Below the pieces are notes generated by a model, which was not told where the DNA came from, did not search any database, and saw only the letters and a list, made by a program, of their open reading frames with translations. A stretch of DNA of 64,000 nt from Gnetum montanum (taxonomy: Eukaryota > Plantae > Gnetophyta): contig MNCI01000627.1 in the NCBI GenBank assembly GCA_015680685.1, positions 205,669 to 269,668 on the forward strand, in the 5' to 3' direction. Positions 39,852 through 54,815 of this stretch are shown piece by piece (the stretch's first letter is position 1; the number at the start of each line of letters is the position of its first letter). The position numbers were made by a program, and so were the translations under genes.

Positions 39852-42800
39852 GAGTTGATAGATGAATAAGGCTCAAACCTCTTCCAAGTGGTTACACCCA
39901 AACTTGAACAAGATTTTACGACTTGAAAAACAAACACCTTACAATCACTCGAAATGATAACCTCTCTTAACAAATCATAATGGTAACTGTTTGAACAAAA
40001 TCAATTAAAAAATTATCAAATCATAATGGCAACTCAAATTTACCAAAATGAATTATAGAGAAAACATATCATTATTAAGTTACACAACATCCTCTTATGA
40101 ACCACTTCGCATTCCAATCCTCCCTTCTACTTAATCTTAACTTATGAACCACTTTTTCTCTAACTTTGAATTCTAATCAATATCTCGTATAGTAAACTTT
40201 CTATCTTTACTCTCCATTCACGTCATCTTTAACAATTTGAGTAGTATTCTTGAGATTATCCCATGTTCCCTCTAAAAAATAAAATTTTCAAAGTCAATCT
40301 TCCTAAAGAGTTTGTCGAAAATCGAAACAATGAGTATATTATAGTTATTGTTACTTGAACTCACATGTCTTGCTGCAAATTCTTGTAAAAGGATAAGATT
40401 AACCCCTAAAGTAGTTTTAATTATCCAACATTAATGGTTACATTATCTCACTATTTCTTAAAGTTCGTGTCAAATGTAAAGAAAAACCTTCATTACGCTA
40501 ACCTATAGCATGTTATTTAGGTTCATGTGCAAAACCATGGAAAACAATGAGATCAAAGGGATATGTGGGACGCTTTAATTTCAACATTATTATTTTGCAT
40601 ACTCTAGTAATATACATCCTAAAAATTTTAATTCGTAAAGAGTATTATAAAAAATTCAGCTTAGTTATTACAAATTTAGGTACTGCGTTATGACGAAGTA
40701 AAAATAATAACGGGGAAAAGATGCTACTCCACCATTTTACAACATCGATGATTGTACAAATTCATGACTTTTCATCACATCAAACTTTGCCATAATTTCA
40801 ATTCCAATGACTAAAACGCTTGCGAGATAAATTACATAGGAAAAGCTTTTTAATTCTTTTTTAAATGGATCTAACCATTTCAAAAATTTTCAATTTTCCT
40901 TTACCAATTTCAGTCGAAAGACATTCACACAATTCGAAATTTAGCATTTTTGTTAAGACCCTCTATTTATTTGAATATTCTAGCGAACCACAAGCTTTGG
41001 CACTGATCTGCCAAATAATAGCAAAGTTCCCTGTGAAATCAAAATATTAAAAATATTTAATCTTCTCAAAGGAGAATGACTTGATTTCGCAAATCAAAAG
41101 ATCAACATGCAAATTAAGAAAATGATCAAGAATAAAAAATTAAAAAAAAGACACAAAATGTGACCTCACGTGATGCACTTCAGAAACGGAGAATTGTTAG
41201 AACCCCTCCTCCATTGATGCAGCACGGTACCTACGTAGACTATTAAAATAGTTGAAAATCAATTCCCAAATAGACAATGATATCAAAGTCAATAATTTTG
41301 TCACCGGAAAAAATTACATTTTCACAGTAAGTTAACAGATAATGAACTTCTACGTGGGATATTTTAACAAAAATCTGATATGTTTTTGTAATGCATTTCT
41401 TTCCGGGAAAAAAAAAACTTTTAGCTTGAGATTATTAACTGAAGAATATTGTACGAACACTATCAATTGTGAAATCATGTGTCATTCTCTTAAAACCTGC
41501 ACTTGTGTAACAAACATTTTACTGTCTATTAAGCTCGCTAGAATCAAAGACAAGTCAGATCCAATGTAAATTAAAATGTCAGAAATCAGGAACCAAGAAG
41601 ACGGAAATAAAAAATGACAACTTACTAAACCAAAACAGAGAACCTAAAAGTTTCATCGCGTCATTTAACAAAACCGAAGGCAAGCCAAACGGATGTTGTC
41701 GATGCTTGTTGGATAAAATGGTACAGACCCATGAAAAAACAGAACTAATACAATCTATCATGTTAATAAGACAAACCGTGGAGAATCACGCGAAGTGTTT
41801 TAAAAGCTCTTCATTTTCACAAAAGAAGACTCCAAGTAAAACAAATAAAAATCGACAATTGGAAATAATCCTCTAGGCATTTTAATAACATAGCCAGCCG
41901 TTGGAAAAACTTCCTTGGAGAAACTACGCAGCACAAGATTGTAAGACAACCAACATGCAAATCTTTCAACTATCAACATGGCCACATGCACGGCTTTCGA
42001 TGCAATTTGAATTCAAACGGAGAAACTAGAACCACGGCTTTTTATTTTGAAGTTGGGAGACTCTGCAACTCATATATGAATAAGTAGAATAGTCATTAAA
42101 TTACGGATTGGTTACTTCAGTTCAGTAATCATAAAGATCATAATTGGGTGCAGCAAGGCATATAATTACAACAGGTATAGAAAAAAGAATTGTCCAAGGG
42201 CCAATGAAGTATAGACAGATCTATGAATCATCATACAATGTCAACATGGCATGGCTGATAAGGTCAGTGACAATGACGATAGCAGTCTTGGCTAGCGGCT
42301 TGTGCTAGGTAATTCTCAGCAGTTGTGTGCTGTATGTGAGTGATTAGTTTTTGCTAGTGATGCTTCATTGTTTGACACCAAAGGACCAGATCCGTCAAAT
42401 TATGTTAGTTTATTACATTTCAGTCTGCCCACAAGGTGGTGAAACACCTGAAAATATTTGAGATTTTTTGAATAGTTTTGGATTAGATTATACCCTTCAA
42501 AATCTATATCTATAATCTGCCAGGAGGATTGGATGATAGCTGCTATGGACGTTACAGAAGTCCCGCAACAAAGCAAGCAAACTGGTCAGGACATTACAAA
42601 GCCTTGCGGTAACATAGGTGATTCGTCTCGATGCTGCAATAATTTATGGTAAAACATGTGGTTCGCCCAAGATGCAAAAGTCCTATGTTGCATCAGGTGG
42701 TTCAGTAATGATTATGCGTAAATGCTACAACAAAGTCAGAGAACAGGTGGTTTAGCCAAAAGTGAAATTCCAAAAAGTGATTAGTGGAGACATGATTTAG

Positions 42801-42957
42801 AATCCAACGGCTTAAAAATCAATATAAGTTAGAAAGAATACAAAGAGTCTAATTTCAATAAAAGCATAAACAGTGGTAAAATATACATGACAATTCAAGG
42901 CCAAAAGATCCCTATTACAAACAGTTCTGCTACCTAAGATCAATGCTTGCGTCAAAA

Positions 42958-43378
42958 TGGTTTACAGAACAGCAATAAAACCTGCTATCTTATATGGTAC
43001 CAATACAAAAGAGACATGAACAAATGACAGAAATGCTAATATTTACTTAGATGTTGAATGTTACCAGATGAGATAAATTGCAGAATGCAGACATTAAAGA
43101 AAGACCTGTGAAGGCTTCTATTTTAGATAAGCTACTGGCCTGGCATCTTAGGTGATTTGGGCATATGCAAATAATATCATATAATGAACCTGAAAAAAAA
43201 GGTTGCCACATCACTTCTCCAGGAAAGCCACTAAAAGAAAAGACAAAAAAAATGAAATGGAAGAATACAATTGAATATGATTTTAAAAAGTTGAGAATAA
43301 ACTAGGATCTAGCTCTTCATAGAGGCTAATAGTGAAGAAAACTCATAGCCAAAAGGCTAGGAGGATGATGATGATGAT
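42958..43378 (+). mobile_element. RTE-clade LINE 3' fragment
   Basis: YRTAIKPAILYG and LR*FGHM motifs with a (GAT)n tail. Confidence 0.75.
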
Positions 43379-46300
43379 TAGTGGTAAAATCAAAGGCAAT
43401 AATTGCTACAACAGTTTTTAATGGTACATGTTTAAGTTTGACAATGCCATAAGTAAATATCCAATCACTAATTCCAATCCGTGAAGCTTTGCATAAGCAA
43501 AGCCAATTCATCATAAGTTCTAACGCTTCACAAAATACAGGAAGGCCATATAAAACTATGAAGAAGAAAGTGAATGATAATACAAGGGAAAACATCTGTA
43601 CAAAGCAGCTAGAGGCATCAAAAAATGAAGATGAAGAAAAACAAAATTGAGAGTAAATTGAACCCATAATAATCAAGACATATCACAAGAGTAATAAGTT
43701 TATCAACTCAATAAGCAAGTAAATAAGCTATTAAGTAGAAGTAAGGATTTTCCTAACGACATGAAGCCAACGAACCTCTAATCAACCTATCAAAAGACGC
43801 AATCATGATCATGAACAAGTGCCAACATGCCCGTCAATTATTCACAAAGTAGTCATGAAGAAATTAACTAAATCAAGTCATGTTACGGGACGACGGAGAA
43901 ATATCCGTCATTAAAAATTTTGCAAGAAAATGATATATTATATAATTACTGTACCAAAATTTCACCTATCAATTATTGACGATGACGTAAATATTATCCC
44001 TGCCAGGATCATACTAATACTCCTTTAAACAATGGATTTTTCCTTTCTTTTTTATAAATTTCACTTTGTAAGATCAAATTTCTAATCTTAATATCCATTT
44101 CGCTCTCTCCTTAAACCACTTTTGTTTTAAGTTGAAACTATTTTCGTTAAACGCCTAAACCAAATTCAATATAACCATTTTTGGCCACAGCTTAGTTCCG
44201 GCAGCGCATCAGACAGACGATTCCTATAGCACAACACGGGAAACAAACACTGGAGATCTGGCTAGTTATTGATGCAGAAAGCTCTGTGAGCAGGAATGAC
44301 AGCGACAATGCAGACAATGCAGCCAGGCTCCCAAGAAAAAAATAAAAAATCACAAGCTTGGGCATCAGTGTAGCAATCTCAAAAATGGACAAAGACTAAA
44401 GCGTCAGTACGATCAGTGGTCGATATTGACGTTAAAGTATATACCAATGGCTATGCAACAGACTTCCTGTAACGGATGGTTTATTAAGATCACATGCTCT
44501 CCTCTTTGTTCATGGTTCTTAAAACCTGCTATGGGATGCATCCATTCATGTAACTGTTGTCTCGTTTCATCATTTACTGTTAATAAATTAATCGCACATA
44601 AAAGTTATCTCATGAAATTGGATTAGATGTATCATATGCCAAGCTATCTTCCAATGTAAACTATAATTATTCAACCCTATTTTGCCAGAACAGAGGTGCA
44701 CAAATTCTGGTCCTGCCTTTGCATTTAATGCTTATTTCGCTTTTAATAAAAGCAGATGGCTTAAAAGAACTCATATAGCTGACCCCGTGTAGCTGTGATG
44801 ATGATGATGATTCAAATCCACGAATCCCTCCCCTTGTAAATGCACCATCTTCCATGTGCAAGAGTTTTCCATCACTACTCAGGCAACACTGCCCTGCAAA
44901 TGGTGTAACCAACTCACTCAAATGTCTAAATATGAATAGATAGCAAAGCATTATGACAATCAAGTTGAAAGGAAAGGATATGAGTTCAATTACATTTGAT
45001 ATAGAATTTTCTTCATTTTTGCACTATCACAGCTCCTTATAACAAAAATAAATATCTTCATTGTCGTATTTCATTGTTACGACAAAATTTCTCCATTTTT
45101 TTGGTGGTCAATTTCTTCATTTGGTTTCAGTATTGCTATTGCTAGGCATTGTCTGTTCACGGTGTTAAGCACTTCATTATGACAAAAAAAAACAAATCTC
45201 TTCATTATTACAATAAAACAACAATTTCTTTATTTTTGGTTTGTGCCAGATTTCTTTATTTTGGTTTTGGTATTCTCTGGTATTCTCTGATCACACTGTT
45301 TAGATATTTCATTCCATTTACAGTCTGGACTATTTGTACTGTTAAAATTTTTTCATAGAACCCCACATACTATGATGGATTACCATAAGGCCTTGGAACA
45401 AGAAATGCCTGAATTCAAACTATCAAACACCATATTACGTTTGCAATCCTGAAGAACTGAATTCTTGGTTATTCATGGTTTGCATGGAAGCTTTAAATAC
45501 AACTACTACAAATTATAGTTTGTTGTCCAGCTCCAGATACTTCAACATGGGATTAGAGTGTGCTCGATGGTAGAGAACAGTCTCAGTAACTGCAAGAAAA
45601 GGTGTATAAGGCAGTTGAAGAAGTTGTACTAATTCAATGAAATGTGACTTTTGGCATCCAATTTAAAGAATGAAGAACTATTGAAAGTCATAAAATGTCC
45701 TAACTCCTCTATATGAATGCTAGTATTCTGTGTATAAATGAACATGCCTAGTAACCCATCTAGTCCATATGTGACTACCTCTGCTGCTGCCATCTCCCCT
45801 TCTGGACAAGATTGGCACACACACCAGCCAGGTCAATGTGTATTAGAAGTATGTAATTTATCTATCTACATACTGCTTTGCTATGCATATTCAAACAACT
45901 ATGTAACTACTTTATGTTACATCTTGGGGCTGTGGTGTGGGTTTGCAGCTAAACATGTGCTCTCGAAGGAACCATGTAAATTTCCAAACAAGCAGAGATG
46001 GTATTTCCAAGGGATACAATGGTTGAAGACTTGGGATATCTCATTGGAGGATATGGAAAGTAAATCTAAAGCACATTCGTGAACTAGTTCAACAGTAGGT
46101 TCTAACAATGTTATAGTCAAATGTAACAGACGAGAAAAAACTTTATTTGTTATGCATAAAAGGTAACCAGTTAAACTCAAAAGTTTGCTAACTGTCAGCA
46201 GCTATATTCCTGATGAGATGTCACATTTTCATCAACAAGCTTCATTTGAGTTCCCATCATCTTAGGCTAGAAAGTGGAAGATGGATGCAATTTCGTATAG

Positions 46301-46920
46301 AAGAACATATATGTAGGCTATTTCTTAGTTGCCATCAAACTAAATATTTGAAACAAAAATATGATATTGCAGCAAAAATTCTATATGATCTTTTTATGTT
46401 ATATCCAGTGTTAATCAGCCAGTTTGTTGATTTGATTATTAACTTTCATGATACAAATGTATTGCCTGTCCAATAGATCCTTGGAGTCTTCAGACATAAT
46501 AAAACCTTAGTTTCAGTTTCATATTTGTAGAACCTAGTGTGTGCATCTGTGGTTTTCTTAAACAGAATAAAACCTTAGTTTTGGTTTCACATTTGTAAGC
46601 TAATCCTCGATTCATTAAACATAGACTTGGCTTCTTGACTGCACCTGGAAGCTCCTAGAACTTCTAAAACCTTTCTCAAATAATTGACACTAGCATAACA
46701 TGCTGGCATTGCTATTCATATCTAACATATCAAAATGACCCGTGTTCCAAGAGATTACCATAAAGGAGCTGTATTGGCCCAGTAGAGCTCAAATAGAGAG
46801 AGATACATCGAACTTTGTTAAGCCATTTCCAAAATCTTTAGTCATAAAAGTGTTCTAACCAAAGGCGTTTTTCCCAATTGCCATTGCAGCTTTGAAGATG
46901 CCCATGATGGTTAACTCAAA

Positions 46921-48007
46921 TGTAACACCCTGGTGTTTCAAACCTCAGATCTTTGATTTGGTATTTATTTTATGCTTTGTGATTTAGTATAAGGTTGTTT
47001 TCTACAGTATGGTTTAATATTATATTAGTAACTTGTACTATGGCTAGTTGTCTATGCCAGTGTAACATCTGTCTTATGCTTACACAGCTTTAAACCATTG
47101 ATCACTTGATAGCATGTATATCTTAATTTTGTACATCTTGAGATTTGATCTCTGGACCTGCTAGTTGGTACTTTATGACTGGTACATCATGGTATGCTAT
47201 TTGTTAATAATAAGATTGTAACATGCCTTTTGTGCATCGGTGGGATTTCATTCTTGCGTCTATTGTTAATTTTAGAATTTGGCGAACCCTAGTTTGTGCC
47301 TATAAATACTTGGCAATGGCCTGCTCTCTTGGCATCAATTGCAGTTGCATCTCTCTTGCTCTTGCTCTCTTCTCTTGACTGTGTGTGATGGCTCCTTGGT
47401 GGTTTCAAATCTAAACCTAATTTGGTGTGAACTCTCTTCTCATGCCGTCATATTGTGGATCCATGGTTTATGGACATATGCAAAGCTTTCCATCAATTCA
47501 TTCTCAGGTAGAGGAAATGGTCTTTTCTTATGTACATTTCCTTGCACTATGTCACAAATTTGTATCATCGGATCCCTTCTCTTTCTTGAAGAATTGGATG
47601 GAGATTCCAAATAACAGCGCAGGTTGGATAGAAAAGCCGAGGAGATTTAAATGGTGCAATGCAAATGAAGGATTCAAGTACTCTTGTAATAAATAAAGCG
47701 ACTGGATTTGTAAAATGGCCCATGTGAATTTCCTATCTTGTATCTCACATAAACTTTATACTTAAAGAATTTATGTGTTAGATGTTGGTGTAACGTATCA
47801 TGTATATTGTAAAGTGTTTATTTCTTAATGGCTTGTTCAAGTATATTTATTAGATTATAAGGTTTCGTACTTGGTGTATTAAGGTTTTCCAATGATAAAT
47901 TTTGGGAAGCTAAGTATTTCATATGGTGTATATAGTTTTCTAAGAATAGTATTCATGCTCTTACGTGATTTTATGTATTTTCCTATGGTTAATTCGGAGA
48001 TGTCACA
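46921..48007 (+). mobile_element. Solo LTR, Tekay/Del-like termini, near-perfect TSD TCAAA/TCATA
   Basis: TGTAACACCC...GATGTCACA; CCTATAAATAC at ~47299; AATAAA at ~47692. Confidence 0.8.
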
Positions 48008-51000
48008 TCATACCAGTAATAAGACTGAATCATGGGAAGCTTTTAAGGGAATGAAAGTCTTGATAGCATTTGTCCAATTAGGCTGTAAGACTTTGCAAAC
48101 ACCTTGAAAGAGAAAAGGCTGCAAAATCTCATAAAACATATTCTTCAAACTAGCAGGTTGCCTTTCAAAATAAGGCACATTTGGAATCAAAGTAACCTTC
48201 AAATTTTGGTTAGTCCACGCTGGAAAAAATGTTTTCATAAATGATACAAGCATCAGTCTATGCACATAAACTCTACAAGACAACCATGCCACAAACTTTA
48301 CAATACCACCACCATGCAACAGTCTCTTAAAAAAGATCTTGAAAATCAAGCCAGTAATGCCTCACTTGGCAGGAATTCTAAGCCCTGCAAATGCAGATCA
48401 GCCCTGAAAAAATGTAAGTTGGATTGGTTTTTGTGTTGATAATTGGCAACATAGGGTTGACTCTACCAGCCTCACCACTATAGCAAATCAAAATAACATG
48501 TTATATAAAATACAATTTTAGTAACAGCCTCTTCTGGTGGGATGTTTTTATGGAATTGAATATAAGGCATCAAATAGACACAGGAACAACTGCTAAAAAC
48601 AGCTGTTTGTTAATGTTTGATTGTTCAATTAACCATCATCATCATCCTGGCCATATCCCACCTATGCTAGTTCAATCAATCCCACTAACTATAAATTTTT
48701 TAAAATGATGTGCCCACAATAGATGGTTTACCATTTAAATTAAATTGCAGAATTTGTTCTCAAATAGGATATACGAAAAGCCACTCATTCCTTACAAAAA
48801 AATACAAAAATTTTTTAATTTCAGTTCTTCAAAATACACTGACATCCTTTCAAAAAGCCAAAACATCTATGAACAATGGAACCTAATAGTACATCTAGAG
48901 GGCATTGTCATGTTGGTTTGTGGAGCAAAGACACATGTTGCACTAACAGGCAAAACCACAAACCAGATTAACCCTCTGCAATAAATTATATCTTGAAATT
49001 AATGCACTGTAGATGACATGTGAGCTGGTGTTTGCCAGGCCATGCTATTAACTTAACTGCATCACTGAGTTGTTGGCATGATTTAGAATACTTAACAGGG
49101 AAAATTAATATGCTAGATTAATCAAAACTAGTCCCAAGAGAACTAATAAAAATTACAAAAATATAACATGTTTATTACATACAATACAAGACCAATTAAA
49201 CTCACCATTAGTACAAACGAATCAGTTACATCCAGGCTTACATCATTTACATATGCCTACAGTGTCTTCATTTTACATCTGTGGAAAAAGAAAACCAGAA
49301 AATTTCATAATCAGATTAATAGTTGAAACATTTATACATTGCACAAACTTCAAAAATAAATAAATTTAAAATTCGGAAATCTGCAGCAGCATCAAATTCA
49401 ATACTAAAAGAATAGATGTTAAAATCACTTACATAATGATATGGCTATATTAATAAAAACGTCTCTTGTAGTCTTTAAAAGTTTCAGCATAACAGTTAAC
49501 TTATGCATCCATACAAAAGCAAACATGGGTGCAGGCATGCTATGCATGGCAAATGGTAGCGTAGACTTCCAAGATTTGGCTTAAGGGTAATGAAAACATG
49601 CCCAACTAGTTTTTCATGCTTCTCAACCCACCCATATAACCTAGGGTTACAGCACAACCTATGATCAGCCTATCTCATGTGTTAAGTATGTAGCATAAAA
49701 ATCCTAGATAACCTTTTTGATATTGCCAATGGCATTCTTATCACCGTTGTAGGCTATAAGTCCATCAGGTACTATAGTCTCAGAATTTAACAAATATACC
49801 ATGTACATGCCTTAAGCAAACACAAAACCATACGTGTACCATAAAAGTTCAATAAAATCAACCAACCCGAGCTGCTAAGAAAATTGAAAGAATTACCAAA
49901 TACCTAGTACAATCTCATATATCGATATGCACATTCTAAGAACTTCAATAAATAAAACATTCCATCTCGGGTTAATGCCTTGGCATCTTCGGCTTGCTCT
50001 TATATGTTTGTTCTCAAGTATGTCATCACCTGCTAATATCATCATCCATCTCATTAAAAATGTCCTTCCCAATATTTTAATTCAGAAACTTTTCAAAAGC
50101 ACCAAGCTTTGTTTCCTACAACATAGAATGCCTTGCCACTACTTTGGTTTCTATCCTTACTTTCTCAAGTACTTTGTAGTGTAAGATATTTATGAATCAA
50201 AATGATTTCAAAAAAAAAAACATTAAACGGTTTACCAAATTGCAGTAACCAATCCCCTAGTGCAGATGACTATAACATGCATTTCTCAGTATGTGTTGGG
50301 AAACAGGTTTTGGCTTAGCAATATTACCATTTTCAAACAAAATGAAAAACTTGCTGCCCCCATAGGAGGCAGGAACTAGTGACAAACTACTCCACATAAG
50401 GGAAATGCATTGCACTACAAACTAGATATCAAAATAAAAAATCCCATCTATAACGGAAAAATGATGTGGAAATCTTTTAAGAACTCAAAACAGCAAATGT
50501 TCGTGTTTGGTGTCAATCAGCCTACATATTTAAACTAAATAACACCACCTGGGGCATGTCATAAAGGAAAAGTTTCATATACTAACAACGAAGATGCCAA
50601 ATAGGCATCCTCTGAAATGCTTCCAGTAAATGAAACTAAGAGCAATCGTAAGTTATTTATCATTGCACCACTGACATACAAATACTAATGAATCCTGTGA
50701 ATTTTCTATAAAATTATAAAGCAGTTTTATGCCAATTAGCGAACTAGTTGCACTTACTTTGCAAAATGAGCTTTCATCCAGCTGCTTCCAGATTGGCCGC
50801 TTGAATCACTGAATGATGTTGTCCTCAAAATATTGCAAAATGCTTTCATGGCTGAAAGGCTAAAAAGTATGGGTTTTGAAGCTCTATATCTGTAAGCTGT
50901 GTTTTCAGATGTGCTTTATGTGCAAGAAACAATGAGATGAATACAGATGACGACTGAGTGATAGGAATAGCTAATTTCATCTAATGAGTAGTAAAGAATC

Positions 51001-52554
51001 AGAAGATTAAACTTGCTTAAAGGACAGAGCCTATAAAACCTCTTATTGGGAGCCTCTCTCATACAAAAGAACAGAAAGAAGTAATTTTCTTATTTAAAAG
51101 AAAAAAGAAAGAAAATTGCAACATTGTTTAACATCAAATCCAGATAACAGCTACAAGAGATTCAAAGATGTGAGAGATGATATGTACAATCTATACCCTG
51201 AATACTAACTTAAAGTTTGTTCACTTCCAAAAGGATAATGAAGAAAAACCTTATCAGGAAAGCACATGGAACAACTACAGTGTACTAAACAGAAAAAATA
51301 AGATAATGGTTAGAAACACATCTATTAAAGAAGAGAATTGCTAAAAAGGACAACCCCACTATTTCTGTCTGGATGAACTGATATCATATGGTCAATTCCT
51401 AGTGTCAAGGATGTAGGTTAACAGGCATAATGTCCAAAAATATATATGCATAGATCCTGCCTGCATTTTAATGTAATGCATGATGGACCATTTATCATTT
51501 AATATTTCTTGCAAATAGGCTCTTCATCAAATTGCAACAAACCGTACGGATACATCTTTACTAATCTGATATTGCCCTCAAAGAAACTCTGTGACATCAA
51601 AAAGCACTGTACACTTAAATAATTGTCATATCACATAAACAAGCCTTCATGTTGCACCCACATGATGGCTTAAAAGTAAAACTTTCCGAGTACTGGAAGA
51701 GACATTATCATTACAAATCACCTTCCATAAATAATTCATAACCATTTATGTTAGGCAATACACAATTTGTCTGTCCAATAAATACTTTGAGAAATGTCCA
51801 AACGATTCACTGACAGACATTTGCATTTTCATGTTCTGTATTATACAGTAGCAGAAATTTAGAAATGTCATGTTCAGTGATGTTAATAGCAGCATTTTTA
51901 CCCAGCCTGGGTAAAATATTCAAAGCTACACCGTAAACTTCTATACTAAGTTTAATGGACAAATCAGTGCAGTTGTCTGTCACTAACAAAGATGGTGGAC
52001 AAAAACTGACAATCACCATTAAGGGTAAAATAATAAAAGCATTTGCATCCTGAAAAATGCAACTGTATTGCAAAGCCTTTGGAAGATAAATATAATGTAG
52101 TCTCATTCGCTGAAAACAGGAGGCAAAATTGTTACGTAAATTAAAAAAGGACACAGAATTGTAATTGACTGTAACGTGAATCTGTAACACATTATAAACT
52201 CAAATATTCATGCATTTTTCAAGAAAAATTTAAACAAACGTTCAAACACTATCATAATGCACTACAGAAACATTACATGAATTTGCATTAGAAATAAGAT
52301 TGGAATAAAGAGTTTCAACCAAAACCACCAAGAAACCTAAACAATTTTTTGGCATATTTGGAATATTCGTAAAACTATCGAAACGTTATCCAAAATCTTC
52401 ATCTCAAAAATAATCATGTACTTAATAAGCACTGCTATTCGATAAGCATTGCATTACTATGGTTCAGAGCTTTATAGTCTGAACAACATACACATCTGTT
52501 AGATTGTATTGATCCACTTGAAATTTTGACAAGGCCATAATAGGCTTTTTCCAT

Positions 52555-53953
52555 TTATCTACGTACATGAGGCTGTTGAATGTCATACGGAGCCCATGAG
52601 GCACCACTAGGTCCATACTGAGCAGCACCTTCTGCTCCCCTCTGAGGCTAGAAAGAATAGCCAAAAGAAAATCCCAGTTAGAAAGTGGTGGGCAAAAAAC
52701 CCAGGAACATCAAATCAAATATTTAAGGCATAAACTAAAAGGAGCAATTAATGAGAACTTACAGGATGCATGCCATAACCATCTCCATAGGCGCTAGTAG
52801 GATATGGTCCATCTGCACTTCCATAACCACCCCCATATGCTCCAGCTGAAATATCATTTAAAACTTTTAACAAATAAACAATGATCATATAACAACTCAT
52901 CGCATCTATCAGAGACTGGCTTTTTCACTATATTTGGTACTATATTCACAATGAGATGTCCTACCGGAAAACAACCACAAGCTGGGATGAGCCCCCTAGC
53001 ATACCAGTAAGAGATATTCTCATATGTCCTTTTTGAAAGCATGAAGCACACATCCTAGACTTCATTAAATTGTTAAACAAATAATGAAAAATGGCAACAG
53101 ACTACATACCTGGATTTGATGCAGTCTTGCTTCTCTTTTCGACGTTCGCCAACTCTGCCCTCAGCTTCTCAACTTCACGGGCCATCGAGATCAGGTTCTT
53201 CTCCATAGTTTGACTTTGTTCAATCTGTTCAGCATGTGCCTTTTTCTCGTACTCAACAGCAGCTCTGCATGTATCAGTCAATCAAATTAGTAACATTGCT
53301 ACTTTATTATAATGGATCCTATAATTGCATCGAGTTAGAACTACAGACCTGGCTCGCTGCAGCTCATGGTGCAAAGTATCCATTTCATTTCTGAGTGCCC
53401 CTGTCTGTTGCAAGTCACCTCTCGCTCTGGTCAAATCTTGGGTCATTGCCTGTACCTGGGCTGTCAGGTCCTGCCTCAGTGCAGCAATTTTCTGGTTCTC
53501 CGCCCTCAACTGAATAAGCTCAGCTTTCATTGGCTCCACAGCCCGCAATTCTGTATCCAGCTTCACAGACTTCTCAAACAATTCCCTCAGCTGGTGATCC
53601 TTCTCTGCATGCATAGCGGCGGCCACATGGTTCAGTCGCTGCAGTTCCTGCTGCGCTCGTGCAAGTTCCTCCCTCAGTGCAACGTGAGTGGCAGCCAAAC
53701 CCTGGTTTTCAACCAACAGAGCCTGAATTTCCTCATGCTGAGCAGCCATTTTCTCCTCGAGAATAGCAGGGTGCGGTGGCGGCAAGGGACCAGGACCTCG
53801 GCCGAAGGGCATGCCTCTCATCTCTTCAAGGAGGGCAGGATGCGGAGGCAAGGCCACAGGGCCTCTCATAAACGGAGGTTCTTCCCTCAATGGAGGAACG
53901 CCCCTGGGAGGAACCTTCAGAGCATGCTGCGGAATACGATTTCTCGCAGCCAT
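52555..53953 (-). CDS. FLXL1: FLX-like (FLC EXPRESSOR family) coiled-coil protein, 311 aa; exons 53953-53349, 53264-53110, 52845-52763, 52647-52555
   Basis: MAARNR start; [23 protein letters not shown]; spliced continuation RAAVEYEKK...[21 protein letters not shown]; G/Y-rich tail. All introns GT-AG and the frame closes (936 nt). Paralog identity (FLXL1 vs FLXL3) is uncertain. Confidence 0.92.
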
Positions 53954-53965
53954 TTGAACACCAAA

Positions 53966-54181
53966 AGAAGGGGATACTATGATTCCTTTCGTGCCCTGCA
54001 AAGATCCAAACAAGTCCAGTTATAAAACATGTAGAAAATCGCTTTTATGTTATGCTTGAAACTTTGAAAATCAATAGAAGGGGGGTACTATGCTTCTTTT
54101 AGGGCCCTGCAAGGATCCAAACAAGTCCGGCCATAAAAAAAAGACATACAGAAAACGGCGTTTATGTTATGCTTGGAACTT
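53966..54181. repeat. ~110-bp diverged tandem duplication spanning the FLX-like intron-1 acceptor
   Basis: GAAGGGG.TACTATG...GCCCTGCAA.GATCCAAACAAGTCC...TTTATGTTATGCTTG.AACTT occurs twice. Confidence 0.9.
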
Positions 54182-54647
54182 CTGCGGACTTACAAAACGC
54201 AAGATGCAAACACTAGAACAAAATGTATCGATTGAACACGCTTCTCCATAACCTAACCTAAGTTCCTTGCAAATGTGTGTGGAAAAGTAGCCATTAGGTT
54301 ACTTTCGCTCTTCCAATTCAAATTCGAAGCCCTAACATTACATTAAGCAAGCCCTACAATAAAAATCACGCCGCTTCTTCTCCTTCTCCTTCGAGCCCTA
54401 CTATGTTCGCCTAATTCAAAAACACTAAAGCAAAATCCATTGATTCATAATTCAAATTGTCGGAATAACTTGAAACAACTTTTCTAGGAAAATCGCTCGC
54501 CAAAACAAAACCTAAAACAACAGTCTAACATCCACAAACAACCTGTCTTCTAGCAAAACCTACATGACGTTCCGAACCAGAAAGAAAAATCGCAGACGCG
54601 AACGCAACAGTAGAGTTCGAAAAGTTTCGGAAGGTTCCAAAACATAC

Positions 54648-54815
54648 CTGCGCAAGAGTCTATGAGCCAAAGCTTGAAAGCGAACCCAATCTGGCTCGAA
54701 ATCAGGAACGCAGAAATAGAGATGGATGGAGCGAGGGAAACAGCAGCGGACGAACCAAAACAACAGCCAACAACCTCGTCGGAAATCGTCAGCCTGCTGT
54801 AAAGAATTTTATAAA
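54648..54815 (-). promoter_or_regulatory. Probable TATA box and non-coding first exon of the FLX-like gene
   Basis: TTTATAAAA at ~54815-54807, CT-rich leader, donor CAG|GTATGT at 54648/54647. Confidence 0.6.

Noticed and set aside
40560-40573. Plant snRNA/telomerase-RNA USE (GTCCCACAT, minus strand)
   Set aside because: No TATA box at the required spacing and no recognisable RNA gene downstream.
42280-42300. miR169-like TAGCCAAG (minus strand)
   Set aside because: Only 8 nt match and no precursor fold-back.
53366-54025. 219-aa + strand ORF
   Set aside because: Antisense shadow of the FLX-like coiled-coil exon; no independent motifs.
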